64,000 nucleotides of DNA from positions 17,486,001 through 17,550,000 of the forward strand of contig NW_024704742.1 in NCBI RefSeq assembly GCF_018977255.1, read 5' to 3'. The stretch comes from Callorhinchus milii. Its lineage: Eukaryota. Made by a program: the position numbers and the translations under genes. Below the pieces are notes generated by a model. That model searched no databases, had not been told where the DNA came from, and saw only the letters and a program-made list of their open reading frames with translations. This document shows positions 52,101 to 64,000 of this stretch, piece by piece (within the stretch, counting starts at the first letter, position 1; every line of letters begins with the position of its first letter).

Positions 52101-54463
52101 GTGTGCAATTGGTTGCAGCGTTTTGTCTATAAAATACACAATACGTAGTGACTGACTGTGGTGACTCTGAGACAAACACGGCAGTTGTTTTCACCAGAAA
52201 AGTTCCACAGAGTTTAGGTGAATGATCCATTTATTTGGAGGAGTGTTACAAGGCCAAGATACAAGGAAAAATAACCTTTATTTGAATAATGTCACTGAGC
52301 GGCAGATATCACCTTGGTTTAACATCTTGTACAAAAGACAACATCTCTGACAATGCAGCCTTCCCCAGTATTGTGTCGCAGTATCAGTTTAGACTGTGAG
52401 CTTTAAACTCCCGACATGGGGATTGAACTCAAAATCTTCAGACCGAGAGGCAGGAGTGCAATAAACTGATCCGGGCTGGCGCACGAAGCATTTAATCATC
52501 ATACATGGTAAAATCCCAGTGATCTGTTTCTTCTTTTTAAAAATTAATGTATGTCACTAAAAATATCAGCTTGATTGGAAATACAATATTTTTGCTTTAT
52601 TTACTTTCTGTTTTAAAAGCCTCTGAACAATTTCAATATGTAATTCCACTGATTTGATGGGAGATTGAACAATCTGTAAATCATCCAAATTATAATTGAA
52701 TTTTGCACCAGTTTAGCAAAATTGAAGCGATGTTGGTGGTAAATGCTGAAAGGGTTTCCACAAAGCCTTGGATAGGAGCCAGCAAAATGCCTCCTTTCAG
52801 CACTTGCTGCTTTCAGTCCATTCTCTGTATAATAACCCTTCTCTGAAAGCTCCAAAGCAGAACTGGTTTAGATTAGCAACCTCAAAAAGTCATTTCTTGC
52901 GTATTATGTTCATATTTCTCATATCTCCCATGTCTAGTAGTTTGATACTTTTTAAATTATGCTGATATGATAATCCTTTGTAAAATTACATGGTGCTTTT
53001 CATAATGGTATTGAAAACAGATCACATTGCACTTTCAAATAGATTAATTGAACAGGGCACAAAAATACCTTCTCTACATCCCCCTCAGCCATCAAGCATT
53101 CGATGGATGCGGAAGAAGTTTCATTGAATTAAAGGAGCTGCAATTTGACATTGTTGATGGCAGGATTTTTGAGGCTGCAAATTTATTTCTAAGAATCTGC
53201 AAATAAAGGTACCATTGTTTGAGAAAGGAATTATATTCCGCAAGGCTCCATTACTGCTCCAGCATACCTACGATTTTGTATTTAAAAACATAGGAAACTA
53301 GGGAACAAGAATGGTTCCCATCTTTTTGCATCCACAAAATACACAGTCAATATATTATTACAGTATACTCTGTGAAGCGCTTTGAACGTCTTAATGATAT
53401 GATAAGGGCTATATCAAATGCAAGGATTATTATTATTATCAAAGTCCTGGCACAAACCGAGCACAGAATACTCCACCCTGAAAGGTACCTCACTCACCCA
53501 GTGCTTAGTAAAAACAATATTTATCCAGGCTCACATCTCCACTATCCTACGGAGACCACCAATCCAGCAGCTCAGAATCATTGTGCCGTGATGTATTTGA
53601 TCACTTTGGTTTGTATTTATTCCTGAAGCCTATAGTCTGATTTGTAAACAGATATTTTTTCGGTTATTTTTATCCAGGAGTTAATCAAGCAGCTTCAATA
53701 GTTGCTGTGTTTGTGTGAGGTCTGTTGCGTATATACAGTCTGTGAGACAACTAATCTTCTAATCTATAGACTGACTGTCTTGAGGCTTGTCAGTTTCCAG
53801 TCTACGTCCTCAACTTTGTGCTGAAGGTCTTAGTCTAACAGTTAGTCTGATTAGTTAGTTTGGAGATTCAAAAACAATAATTTGGTCACTCAATCCATGG
53901 CTGTTTGTGGGAAACTGCTGTGCGCAACTGGCTCCCGTGTTCTACCCATAAAATATATCGTCAATTCACTTTACAGTATATTTTGTAAAGTGCTTTGAGA
54001 CATCTTGAAGATATGATATGGCGCTATATCAAATGCAAGGATTATTATATAGAATATATATAACAGTTTACATCTATGTCTCTCTTTGAGATCTGAAACA
54101 CGTTCCCCTTCCCCACTGAACCTCCTTATCTTCAATGCAAACAAGTTTAGGTCTGCCAGTTTCTTCTCAGACACATAAAGCAGTAAATCCCAGGATTATC
54201 CTTGACCCTCTGTGTAGAAACCTTCCAATTCCATAAATCTCCTTTACAAGCTTAGATGTCAACACAATGGAGTCAGATTTTCCAACTGTCATACTTATAT
54301 AATAATACCTACATCTGATACGCCTGAAATGCCAAATGTCTCAAATAGCATTACAAAGAAATATGAAGTGTAGTGACTGTGTATTTGTTGGCAAACCTGG
54401 CAGCTAATTTGCAGATAGCAATGTCAAAGTGTTAGCCAGGACACATGGAAAAACACCCATTGG

Positions 54464-54716
54464 CACCATCAGTGGTCGGGCCTTCAGCCTTTCTTCCCCC
54501 ACCCTCTGGAACTCCATCCCACATTCCCTTCGCATCACTCCCTCCCTTGACTCCTTCAAGGCATGCCTCAAGACCCTCCTCTTCAACCGTGCCTTTGGCT
54601 ACCCTCTGTGCCCTCCACCCTCCCAATCCCAACGACCTCCCCTCCCCCTCTCAGGTCCTAATGCCTTGGGACGCCCTCCCGACATGAAAGGCGCTTTATA
54701 AATGTAATTTTGTATT
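54464..54716 (+). mobile_element. L2 3' fragment
   Basis: TISGRAFSLSSPTLWNSIPHSLRITPSLDSFKACLKTLLFNRAF. Confidence 0.9.
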
Positions 54717-54734
54717 GCATTTTATCTCTGATCG

Positions 54735-55213
54735 ACAACAACAACTTGGATTTATATAGCGCCCTCAATGCCGGATGGTGTCTCAGAGCGCTTCAAAATA
54801 ACAGATCCTGGGGCCGAGCCAGGGGGAGGGGGTGGAAGGTGACCAAAGGTGTGGTCGAAAAGAAAGGTCTTTAGCTGAGACCTGAAAGTAGGAAGAGAGG
54901 GGGCGAGGCGAAGCGAGTGAGGAAGGGAGTTCCAGAGTCTCGGGGTCTAGTGGCTGAAGGCACGGCCGCCAATGGTGGAGCGGAAGATTCGGAGGAAGGC
55001 CGACCCAGTGGAGCGAAGGCAATGGGCACTGTTGTGAGGAGAGAGGAGGTCAGAGAGGTAGGAGGGTGCAGAGGAGTGGGGGGATTTGAAAACAAGAGTG
55101 AGGATCTTGAAATCGATCCTCTCTGGGACAGGCAGCCAGTGCAATCTGGCAAGGACTGGGGTTATCGGGGAGCAGAGTTTGGTACGGGTAAGAATGCGGG
55201 CGGCAGATTGAAT
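54735..55213 (-). mobile_element. L2 3' fragment
   Basis: IQSAARILTRTKLCSPITPVLARLHWLPVPERIDFKILTLVFKS...IGGRAFSH, with a (CAA)n tail. Confidence 0.93.
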
Positions 55214-56389
55214 ATTGTCATGGGACATGAACCCTAAACCTATAATCTTCCGAATCAAAGGTGAGAAAGTACTAGTAACTGAGTGAAGCTGACACAGGTT
55301 TATTACATTGAATGAGCTGAGGGCTACCTCTCCCTAAAGCTGTTCCCAATGGTAAAGTCCACCAAGCTGGGCCCATGGCTATGAAGTACCTGTTTGAAGT
55401 TTGGAGACTTTGACTGCCAGTTTGCTGGATGCTGGCTTTTTAGTAACTAATTTTTTTTTGGTCACTCGGGTGTCTGACACATGCGGAAACCCATCAACAT
55501 GTTTAAAGTAGCCAAACCAATCTGAGAATTCCATGCATCCCACCTATACATGAAAATTCCCAAGATATTTATTGGAATGGAATGCACACTCTCTCCTTAG
55601 AGGGACCTATCCGGCTTATTTAATTCCAGAGAGTACACGGTGCATGTTAGCAACACCCAAGGCTTGGGGACCCCAACATGTGCATTGGGTTCTGATGGAA
55701 TCTAACCAGATAAAAATGCATAGTTTGCCATTGAGAGAATTGTCTGGCAAAAACTTTCCTCCTGCCTGTCCAGCTAGGACCACTCTACCCATTTAGGCTT
55801 TGGTTTGCCGGGTTAACAGGAGCTGAGTGGGAAGAGCCCCTGCCCTCAGTGACTGGCCTGCCCTTCCAAATCCTGCCGATGAGCCAGGCTGGCTGTGCTG
55901 TCATCAGCAGTGTCCTGGAATACTGTGGAGCTGCCTGGTTCAGAAATATCACTACTGAGACTGCCACAGAGAGCTGGATCAATTCTGTCATTCTGTTGCC
56001 AAACATGTCACCTTGGAAGCAGTTCAGGAGACTCCATGACCAAATTTACTCCCCTTCCTCTCCCCCTCCCCCGAGAATAGTCACTGGTGATGAATAACCC
56101 AAAAATCCAAGTCAGTATCCAGTCTGTGAACTGGAAGTGCAATTTTGCAAGCTCAGCATTCAGCCCAGTCTCTAGTTTCAAATTCTCATTGAATGTCCTT
56201 TAGATACAGTGCATTGTAACATTTGGTGTACTTTCACCACATCTTGTCAACATGCTCGATCCTCACCCACTCCCATCTTGCTCTGTGATCGACATAGTCT
56301 CTGTAAAGCCACATCTTTCTCGTATGAGGATCAACCAAGCCAGGAAATAACCTACATTTTTATAGAGTATTATCATGTCACAATGTCTT

Positions 56390-56830
56390 AAAATGGGGTT
56401 CACTTCCACATGTACACAGATGACACCCAATTCTATCTATCTGCCTCTACCCTCAATCCCTTAATCATTGATGTTCTGACCAATTGCTTGTTGGACATCA
56501 TGTCCTAGATGAGCTAAAACTTCCTTCAATTAAATTAGACAACTCAGAGGCTCTCACACACAAGTCTCCATGAGCCCATAACTCCCATGCTCGCTTAGTA
56601 AACTGGCTCCCCATCCCCAGTGAATCAAAAGATCATTGTTCTCACCTTTAAATCAATCCCCAGCCTCGCCCACCCTACCTCTGCAATCCAATCAGGCTGC
56701 TCCCTTTGCTCAGTGAACACTGGCACGCAGCAGGTTTCCCGCCTATCCACCGGACCATTGGAGTCCCTCTGACTTGCTCTCTCCCTCCCTTTCCTCATTC
56801 AAGACCTGCCTCCCCACCTCTTTCAGCTCA
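56390..56830 (+). mobile_element. Degenerate L2 RT fragment
   Basis: GVHFHMYTDDTQFYLS (YADDTQLY-type RT motif), followed by an internally deleted C-terminal remnant. Confidence 0.8.
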
Positions 56831-57334
56831 TCTGACGAAAAACAACTGTCACTACATTTCACTGACATTGCAGCACGCATTCACCTGGTTGGACAGATTG
56901 ATAATCCCTCGCCCCAAGTGGGCTTAAACCCACAACTTTCTGACCCAGAGGCACATTGAGCCAGGCCGACAATACATCAGTATGTGCCTATTTTTAGTCA
57001 GCAATATGTTTTTCTTGAAATACTTTGATTGGTTCCACAGTTGAAACAGACAGTATTGTGAAGCATTAAGCAGTGCAATGGCAAAGAATGGTTTTCTGTA
57101 GTCATGTCTTGTGTTTATCAAAGTACTGTAATAAGAAATGAAAGCTTACCAATCAGTGAAGCTGCTAGGATTGCACAAGGTAGAGGACAGATTCATATTT
57201 ATAACATTGTTATTGTAAATCAGTAACTGCCGCTTAAAAACGTTTTCTAACTATCTATCTAGAATAGGATCTGCAGGTGCCCATAGGGAAATATTTTTAA
57301 AATTTAAGACATTGCATTAACAAATAACACTATA

Positions 57335-57482
57335 ATCATAGAATCATACAGCACAGAAGGAGGCCATTCGGCCCATCGTGTCTATGCCGGATCTTTGAAA
57401 AGAGCTATCAAAATCAATCCCACTCCCCCGCTCTCTTTCCATAGCCCTGCAAACTTCTCCTCCCCAAATAATTATCTAATTA
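57335..57482 (-). mobile_element. CR1 3' terminal fragment
   Basis: aatcatagaatcatacagcacagaaggaggccattcggcccatcg. Confidence 0.85.
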
Positions 57483-59181
57483 ATAATTATTCCCAACTAC
57501 GAATAATGTTATTCATAGTTGGGAAGTCATGGCTGACTACTTGCTTGTGAAGAATATAACAAAGGATGTTTTCAACAGCATGAATGCTGTTCCATATTTG
57601 TCTTCATATATTCAGATTTCCTTTAAATGACAAGTATATGTGTCTGTGGGGGAGGGTAATTACATGATATGATAATTAGGAGGGGTGGAGACTCATGTAG
57701 TATAAACGGATGGACTAGTTGGGCCAATTGGTCTGTTTCAGTGCTATGTAATTCTATATATATATATATTTCTATGTAAAATGTTGGCAGTAGTGGCCAA
57801 TATATGTCCATTAAGCATCAAAAGGCTCGCAGCCCATAGGATCATAAAGGCAATTGAGTCTATGTTCAGTGTTACAGAATTCACACTACCTCATGCACCT
57901 CACACTACGTTAGATCAGAGACACTAGCAGTTATCATCAGCATTGTTCCCAAAAGTAATCCAATGAATAAAGTCATCATGGCTTATTGCATTATGTACCT
58001 CTTGCCTTTGTTTAACTACACTATTCTCAATGGTAGTGGGTGAGAAGGATAAAAGTCAGCAAAACAAAGAAATCCACATTACCATTAAGGATAGAAGCTT
58101 CCCCATTCCATAAAATGTTATTTGTGTTAACATAAAAAAGTCACCCATCAGAACAAACCATCAGACTAAAATTGCATTAACTGTGCATTGCCAAATATGA
58201 TCTGATGGCATAAACCACAGCGAGCATAGTATAATGCTTTTCTGATTCATTTGTGAGTTGAGTGACCTTGAAGGCAGATGTTTACAGGCGGTGGTTTGGA
58301 TGGCTTTACTGATGATGAATGATCAAGTAACAATGGCTGCGTTGGTACATTAGAAGATGAATTGGAAATATTATCCAATTATTCTATCCCTTATTTGTCT
58401 TGCATCTTTTAGACAACCTGCATCACCCTCTGCATGCACTGATGCCTCCCTCTGCTGCATAGTTTCCCTTATAGGTTCATCATCTGGGGAAATGTAATTC
58501 CTCTGACCGTGACGTTTAGCACATTGTTACAATACTTTACTTCTTTGGGGTATTTGTAATTAAAGAAGTCCTCAAATCGGTCAAGAACAAGGAGTCTTCA
58601 CTTTAATATACAAGATAAGTGTTCAACTAGCTCTTTGCTGCCGTCCTTTGGCTGTAACGTTAAACTCAGGCCATGTCTGCCTGTTTATGTGGATTTGAAG
58701 ACCCCATGACGCTATTCAAAAAGAGAGGGGAGTTTCTCCAAATGGCCTGGCCAACAATCCCCCAAATAAAACTGATCATTCACTTCATGGCTGTTTGTGG
58801 GTCACTGCTGTGAGCAAATTAGCTGCTATTTTTGTCTACAAATACACATCCACTTTACACTGCACTATGAAGCACTTTGAGAGGTACCAACACATAATTG
58901 ATCTATGGGACAATTGCACTCGCAATTCGCTACTGCGTTTTGCCCACAAAATACACTTTATAGTATATGCTGAGAAGCACTTTGAGACGTCTTGAAGACG
59001 TGATAAGGCGCTATATCAAATGCAAGGATTGTTACTATTAATTTGGACAGATCATCTACAGAGTAGGAGCTGTCATGAACTGTTGAGGCCACACTCTGTA
59101 GACCATCTGCGATGTTTCATAACAGATTAAATGTGATAATTATCTTTTACGAAATGTATCCTTTCGTAAATTGAACATCCC

Positions 59182-59495
59182 GTGGAGTCCTGTGGCTCAG
59201 TGGTTAGAGCACTCGCCTCACAAGCGAGACCCTGGGTTTGATTCCCGGCATGATGAAATCTTGGGCAAGTTTCCTTACTCCACACGCCTGATAATAATCC
59301 CTCGAGAAAAAAATAATAATTTAGTCATTCAATCCACGATTGTTCATGGGACACTGCTGTGTGCAATTGGCTGCCATGTTTCGCCCACAAATATACGGTC
59401 AATTCACTTTACAGTATATTCTGTGAAACGCTGTGAGACGTCTAGAAGATGTGGAAATCACTACATCAAATGCAAGGATTACTTTATTATTTATT
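59182..59495 (+). mobile_element. Full-length tRNA-SINE (short form)
   Basis: gtggagtcctgtggctcagtgg start; ATCCC on both flanks (TSD). Confidence 0.93.
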
Positions 59496-60348
59496 ATCCC
59501 CCTTGACTTTAGCACAAAACAACTTTGTCTGAAATTTGTTTTCAACAATGATCCCTGACATGTAAAACAATGTCATTTTTTTGTTCGGTCCGGGAGCCAG
59601 CATGTTGAGTGTTGTTTCCTGGGACACCGACTCAGTTAGGTCAGTCTCCTATTTTTACCTAACACCAATCTTGAACACAAATAGAGAGAAAAAATTATCA
59701 GGCCCAACCAATATGCCAAGGCGTGGAAGAAGTTATCTCACTTTCGAAGACGTATATATCTGTGCTCCAAAGCCTCTCTGGTCCTCAACTGCATGAAAAA
59801 GCTGCATTGCTTGAAGGTTACATCTATAGAGAGAGAGATCAAAATCAAACCGCTACTCACTATCACATTTATTGAAGACTACAAGGAAAAATCTATTTAA
59901 TGATTCTTACATTTCCTGTTTCTCTATAATTATCTGCTCTCAAGTTAACTTTAGATATACACTACCTATCTAGTTTTCAGCTTGCCACCTACTGCTCAAA
60001 TAACTAAAACATTTCTTCAGCTCGCATTTGCTGTGTACAATGAGCCTTTTCATTGCTCTCTTCCCTTCCCTTACAATCCTTTTATTTATTCTCAACCCTT
60101 TCTTAAATGACCTTGGTTCCCATTACTTTTCAGTTTCCTTTTATATTGTTTGTTCTTTATGTTAACTTTGACCTCCTTATCAAACCTTTCCATTGTTGTG
60201 TTGATCTTGCAGTGTTCCTCTTTTTCCCACATACAGTACTTTCTTTATGGACCCCTTAAGTGAGATTTAAATTACTACTTGTTCCTGTTGTTTCCCATTG
60301 CTACCCACTTGATTCTTTCTGAAGCTTCTCTCATTGCTTCAATAGGAC

Positions 60349-60663
60349 GTGGAGTCCTGTAGCTCAGTGGTTAGAGCACTCGCTTTGCAAGTGAAGGACC
60401 TGAGTTAATTTTCAGGCAGAGGGCGAAACCTTGGGCAAGTTTCCTTACTCCACACAGAGCCTAATAATAATCCCTTCAAAACAAACCAATAATAAATTAG
60501 TCATTTTCAATCCACAACTGTTTGTGGGACACTGCTGTGCGCAATTGGCTGCTGCGTTCGCCCACAAATATACAGTCAATTCAGTTTACAGTATATTCTG
60601 TGAAGCGCTTTGGGACGTCTAGAAGACATGAAAAGCGCTATATCAAATGCAAGGATTATTATT
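60349..60663 (+). mobile_element. Full-length tRNA-SINE (short form)
   Basis: Same family from head to (TTA)n tail. Confidence 0.94.
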
Positions 60664-61144
60664 GTAATTAATATTTGCTCTCAAGATAGAAATGTATGAT
60701 ACAATCAGATGCCATTTGGCCCATTTTTATGTGTTTGCGTTTGCTCCTCCGAAAAGTCAGTCATCCAAATTCTAATTCCCTGTTCTTTCCACATACCCTT
60801 TAAGCATGTGCTTGTCCAATTCTTTTTTTTTAAATATCCCTAATCTGTAGGGGTGTTCTAACAATTACTTCTAGCAAATCATTTCCATACCATAACAACC
60901 CTCTGGAGGTAGAAGTTGATAATAATAATCCTTGCATTTGATATAGCGCCTTTCACACCAGGAGGACGTCTCGAAGCAGGATAAAGTTATTCCAAACCCC
61001 TGATTTTATTCCCCACGATCATGGAATTCCGTACTGTTAGCTTAATGATCTTAGCCTATAATATAATATTGGAGCTAACCATGAAATATAACCAGAATCC
61101 ATTTTGAGGTCACAGATTTGTGAAAAGCTATAAAGGTATCTAAT

Positions 61145-61300
61145 CCAGTATCTGCTTCTGTATTTACTGTATTCCAATACTCCTTTCCTCTGCTCCAGTA
61201 CTCAGTTTCACTCTTCTTCAGTACTCGACTTCACTGTTTCTCTCTGTTCCAGTACTCTGTTCCCTCTTTTCTACTCTGTTTTCCTCTGCTCTCTCTGAAC
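61145..61300. repeat. Pyrimidine-rich degenerate minisatellite (tccagtactc unit)
   Basis: tccagta(c)tc-like unit recurs about five times at roughly 23-30 nt spacing. Confidence 0.65.
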
Positions 61301-62083
61301 TTGGTATTCTGAATCATGGGGAGGATACATGTTAGCAAACAGGACCTGCACTTTCCTGCTTCTCGACAGCTTAATCCTGTGCCCCAGGCACAGCGAGGCG
61401 TAAAATGATGAATGTGACAGAGACGTCACAATTTTGCTGACACAGAGACGTCTGGGTGGAGGGAGACTGCAATAGACTGAAATAAATATATTTTCAGAGC
61501 AAAATTAATCATGCCTCATAAAAGATTTGATGTATTATCACAATTAATGCAATATGAAATCTGCCAATTTCACTTTTTGAAGCATCCTCAAAAGGAATAA
61601 AGCTTTGGTAACAGCCTTTGGATTTAGCAAATGTGATGCTGAATCATGAGATTGTTCCAAAGGACCTTGCACTGTAGCTGAGAGGGGACCGAGCTGGAGG
61701 GGATGGGGGTGGGGGGGTGTAAATCAACCCACCCTCCCCTGCACTAGTCAGTATTATTGTGGGTCTGCAGGAGAGAAGTCCTTGGTCGTCCTGGGCCAGA
61801 GCAAGCAAGAACAAAGATAGCGTGAGGGCTGGCTGTAAGGCCAAGCTTGGTTTGTTGAGGAGAAGGCACTGTGACTGTTGTGAACGATAACTTGGAGACT
61901 ATGATCACATAGGCTAGTACCTGAACAGAGTGGGAACAGTGAATGAGAGTTAATTGCAAAAGGGGTGCAGACAGGGAAATCATCATCCCAGACACTGTAC
62001 ACTTCCAGGTTTGTTCGTGTTGTCTGTCCCTGCAGGGCTGCTGGAGACCACTAAATCCTCCCCCTTTATTAATAAACCTTTTG

Positions 62084-62457
62084 GTGGAGTCCTGTGTTGT
62101 ATTGTTTAGAGCACTTGCCTCACAAGCGAGAGGACCTGGGTTTGATTTCCGGCAGATTGAATCATTGGGCAGGTTTCCTTACTCCACACTCCTCTGTTTA
62201 CCTAGCAGTAAGCAGGAACTTGGTTTTTAGTCAATTGGCGGATTGCTTTTCCTGGGGTAATAATCACTTCAAAAAATAATAATAATAATTTGGTCACTCA
62301 ATCCAAGACTGTTTGTGGGACACTGCTGTGCGCAATTAGCAGCCGCTTTGCACCCACAAAGTATACAGTCAATTCACTTTACAGTATAATCTGTCATGCG
62401 CTTTGAGACGTCTCAAAGACATGATAAGGCGCTATGTCAAATGAAGGATTATTATTA
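62084..62457 (+). mobile_element. Full-length tRNA-SINE (long form)
   Basis: Contains ctctgtttacctagcagtaagcaggaac...ctggggtaataatc, which the short forms lack. Confidence 0.9.
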
Positions 62458-64000
62458 GGTTATCATTACTTAATCCGTGAACCCAATCTGCCTCCGCGAG
62501 TGTTCAGTACCTCCTTCGCTAGGTGGTCCGTCACGCACAGTCCAATTTACAATAATTACATGCACACAAAAAAGTGCGAGGCTCAATTAAATGTTATATC
62601 CTGCGGGTTGAGATAATAATTGTCTGAAATTTGTCGTTATTGAAATTTGTTGGAAACAGGAGTTATCTTAAGACGCCGCCTTCTCCTATGCCACTTACAT
62701 TACATTTGAGGAGCAGTAATTATACCCATTAGAGTGGCCGGCTGGCTTTGCTATTTAAAGAGCATTGGGTCCTCACGATAAATCAGTGCTGAGTGCTTGA
62801 GGCAGAGTCTCAATTCCAAACTGTTTTCTATTCCTTGTCATTCCCAATTGGATATTTCCTGGACCCCGGCCATAGGGAAAACTCTTATTCCTAGACGACA
62901 GCCCTTTAGGCAACACTACAGTGAACTGCAAGAAATTGAAAGAGAAGGAATGAAGTGAAATTTGTTCTTTAACCCATTCATTGTCTTAATTAGCACATGG
63001 AGCAGTTTAAGGAACATTGGAAATTTGTTCCTTATTTATCACTCTTCTCACTCACCTTAGTGATGAGGTGCTACATTCGGTATTTAATCTACACAGCTCC
63101 TCCTCCAGATCAGCTAGCTGTCAGCCGCACAGGAAACCGACTGTAAAGTCAATTTCCAGATCTGGGTTGTGGGAATGCCAATCAAACTCCATTTTAGGAG
63201 TGTAAACCCAATGTTTAACTTTTTATATGGAGCTGGAACCGGCATTTCTGGGTTAGGAAAGTGACTTTAGGTTTTCTGTGTGTATCTTCTACATTGGGCT
63301 GCTGGCAGCTATCTGGATCAGCAGCTGTGACGATCAAAGGCTGAGGGCAAAGCCTCATTACTGAGGTAAGTCAGGGGGCTTAACAGAAAATCTAATTGGG
63401 GAATTCATTTGCGGTATTCCTTAATGCTTGCCTTGTGCTAATCAAAATGAGTAACGGGTTAAGGGATACTCCAGTTTTCTCCTGTTTCCTGGAGCTTAGT
63501 TCCTTGGGCTTTTCAATCTGTGGACTTCATCCTAAAATGCTGAGATCACTATGTTCCCTTTCATCTACACTAAATGCAGTTAAGCACAATTACTATGCTG
63601 AACCTCCAAACACATCCATTCCCTTGAATATTGGTAAAACAAGTGAAATCCATTGATCGTTCAGTCAGTAATGGAGAAATGTCTTGTCTGGTGCATCAGA
63701 CTGGGAGAGTCAATTATTTTAAGGCCATGAAAGGCTTTCATGCATTTGATATTTTTTCCATATCACAACAAGTTACTGGTTTTGAACATCTTTTTCAGAA
63801 GCTTTTCGGCGATGCAAGTGATCGACTGAGAAGAGATGCAGTGGCAAAGTCAATGTTACATTCATTACTGATACTTATTGGCGTGTTATGTTTAGGGCTT
63901 TCAGTGGCAAAAAAAGTTACGCTAAAGTAGGACCCTAGCAAATGGGCGTATTTATTTCTGTTATTCTAATATTGAGCTCCCATTGCAGCCCATTTCCCAT

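Larger units (their letters stand above)
24662..64000 (+). other. SORCS2: 5' part of SORCS2 intron 2
   Basis: Starts gtgagt. No exon-3-like sequence (SSDFGTSYTKL...FYICPTNKRK) found by eye. Confidence 0.8.

Noticed and set aside
55849..56097. ORF containing VISSVLEYCGAAWF
   Set aside because: Faintly resembles the LINE RT C-terminal S.LEYC..VW motif but is too short to assign; no exon signals.
61700..61720. G-run clusters (also ~47503-47527) as G-quadruplexes
   Set aside because: Common in vertebrate introns; nothing links them to a function here.
63271..63371. Perfect donor gag|gtaagt with an upstream ttctacatt (FYI) as possible SORCS2 exon 3
   Set aside because: The surrounding translation does not match SSDFGTSYTKL...FYICPTNKRK, and the acceptor is weak.

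Overview
Vertebrate genomic DNA. The SINE, L2 and CR1 repertoire suggests a cartilaginous fish, most likely a chimaera such as Callorhinchus milii; this is an inference. The only host coding sequence I can support is a 68-nt exon at 24594-24661 (+) encoding VILILTKMFHSDMGKVLESSLW(R), which matches exon 2 of SORCS2 (VPS10P-domain receptor). The window is therefore the 3' end of SORCS2 intron 1 (~24.6 kb) plus the first ~39 kb of intron 2. The introns are dense in retroelements: a young tRNA-Ala-headed SINE, older DeuSINEs, LF-SINE-like and AmnSINE2-like relics, and 3' fragments of L2 and CR1 LINEs. There is also a clean 717-bp solo LTR with a 4-bp TSD, a hAT-type MITE with an 8-bp TSD, a long imperfect palindrome, several tandem repeats and some repeat-free blocks that may be enhancers. 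The supplied ORFs are repeat-derived or look like chance ORFs. I see no new protein-coding system. The best leads are retroelement biology (LTR, SINE/L2 3' hairpin, composite SINE) and possible regulation around exon 2. Repeat family names come from my memory of consensus sequences, not from a database search, and most repeat boundaries are approximate.
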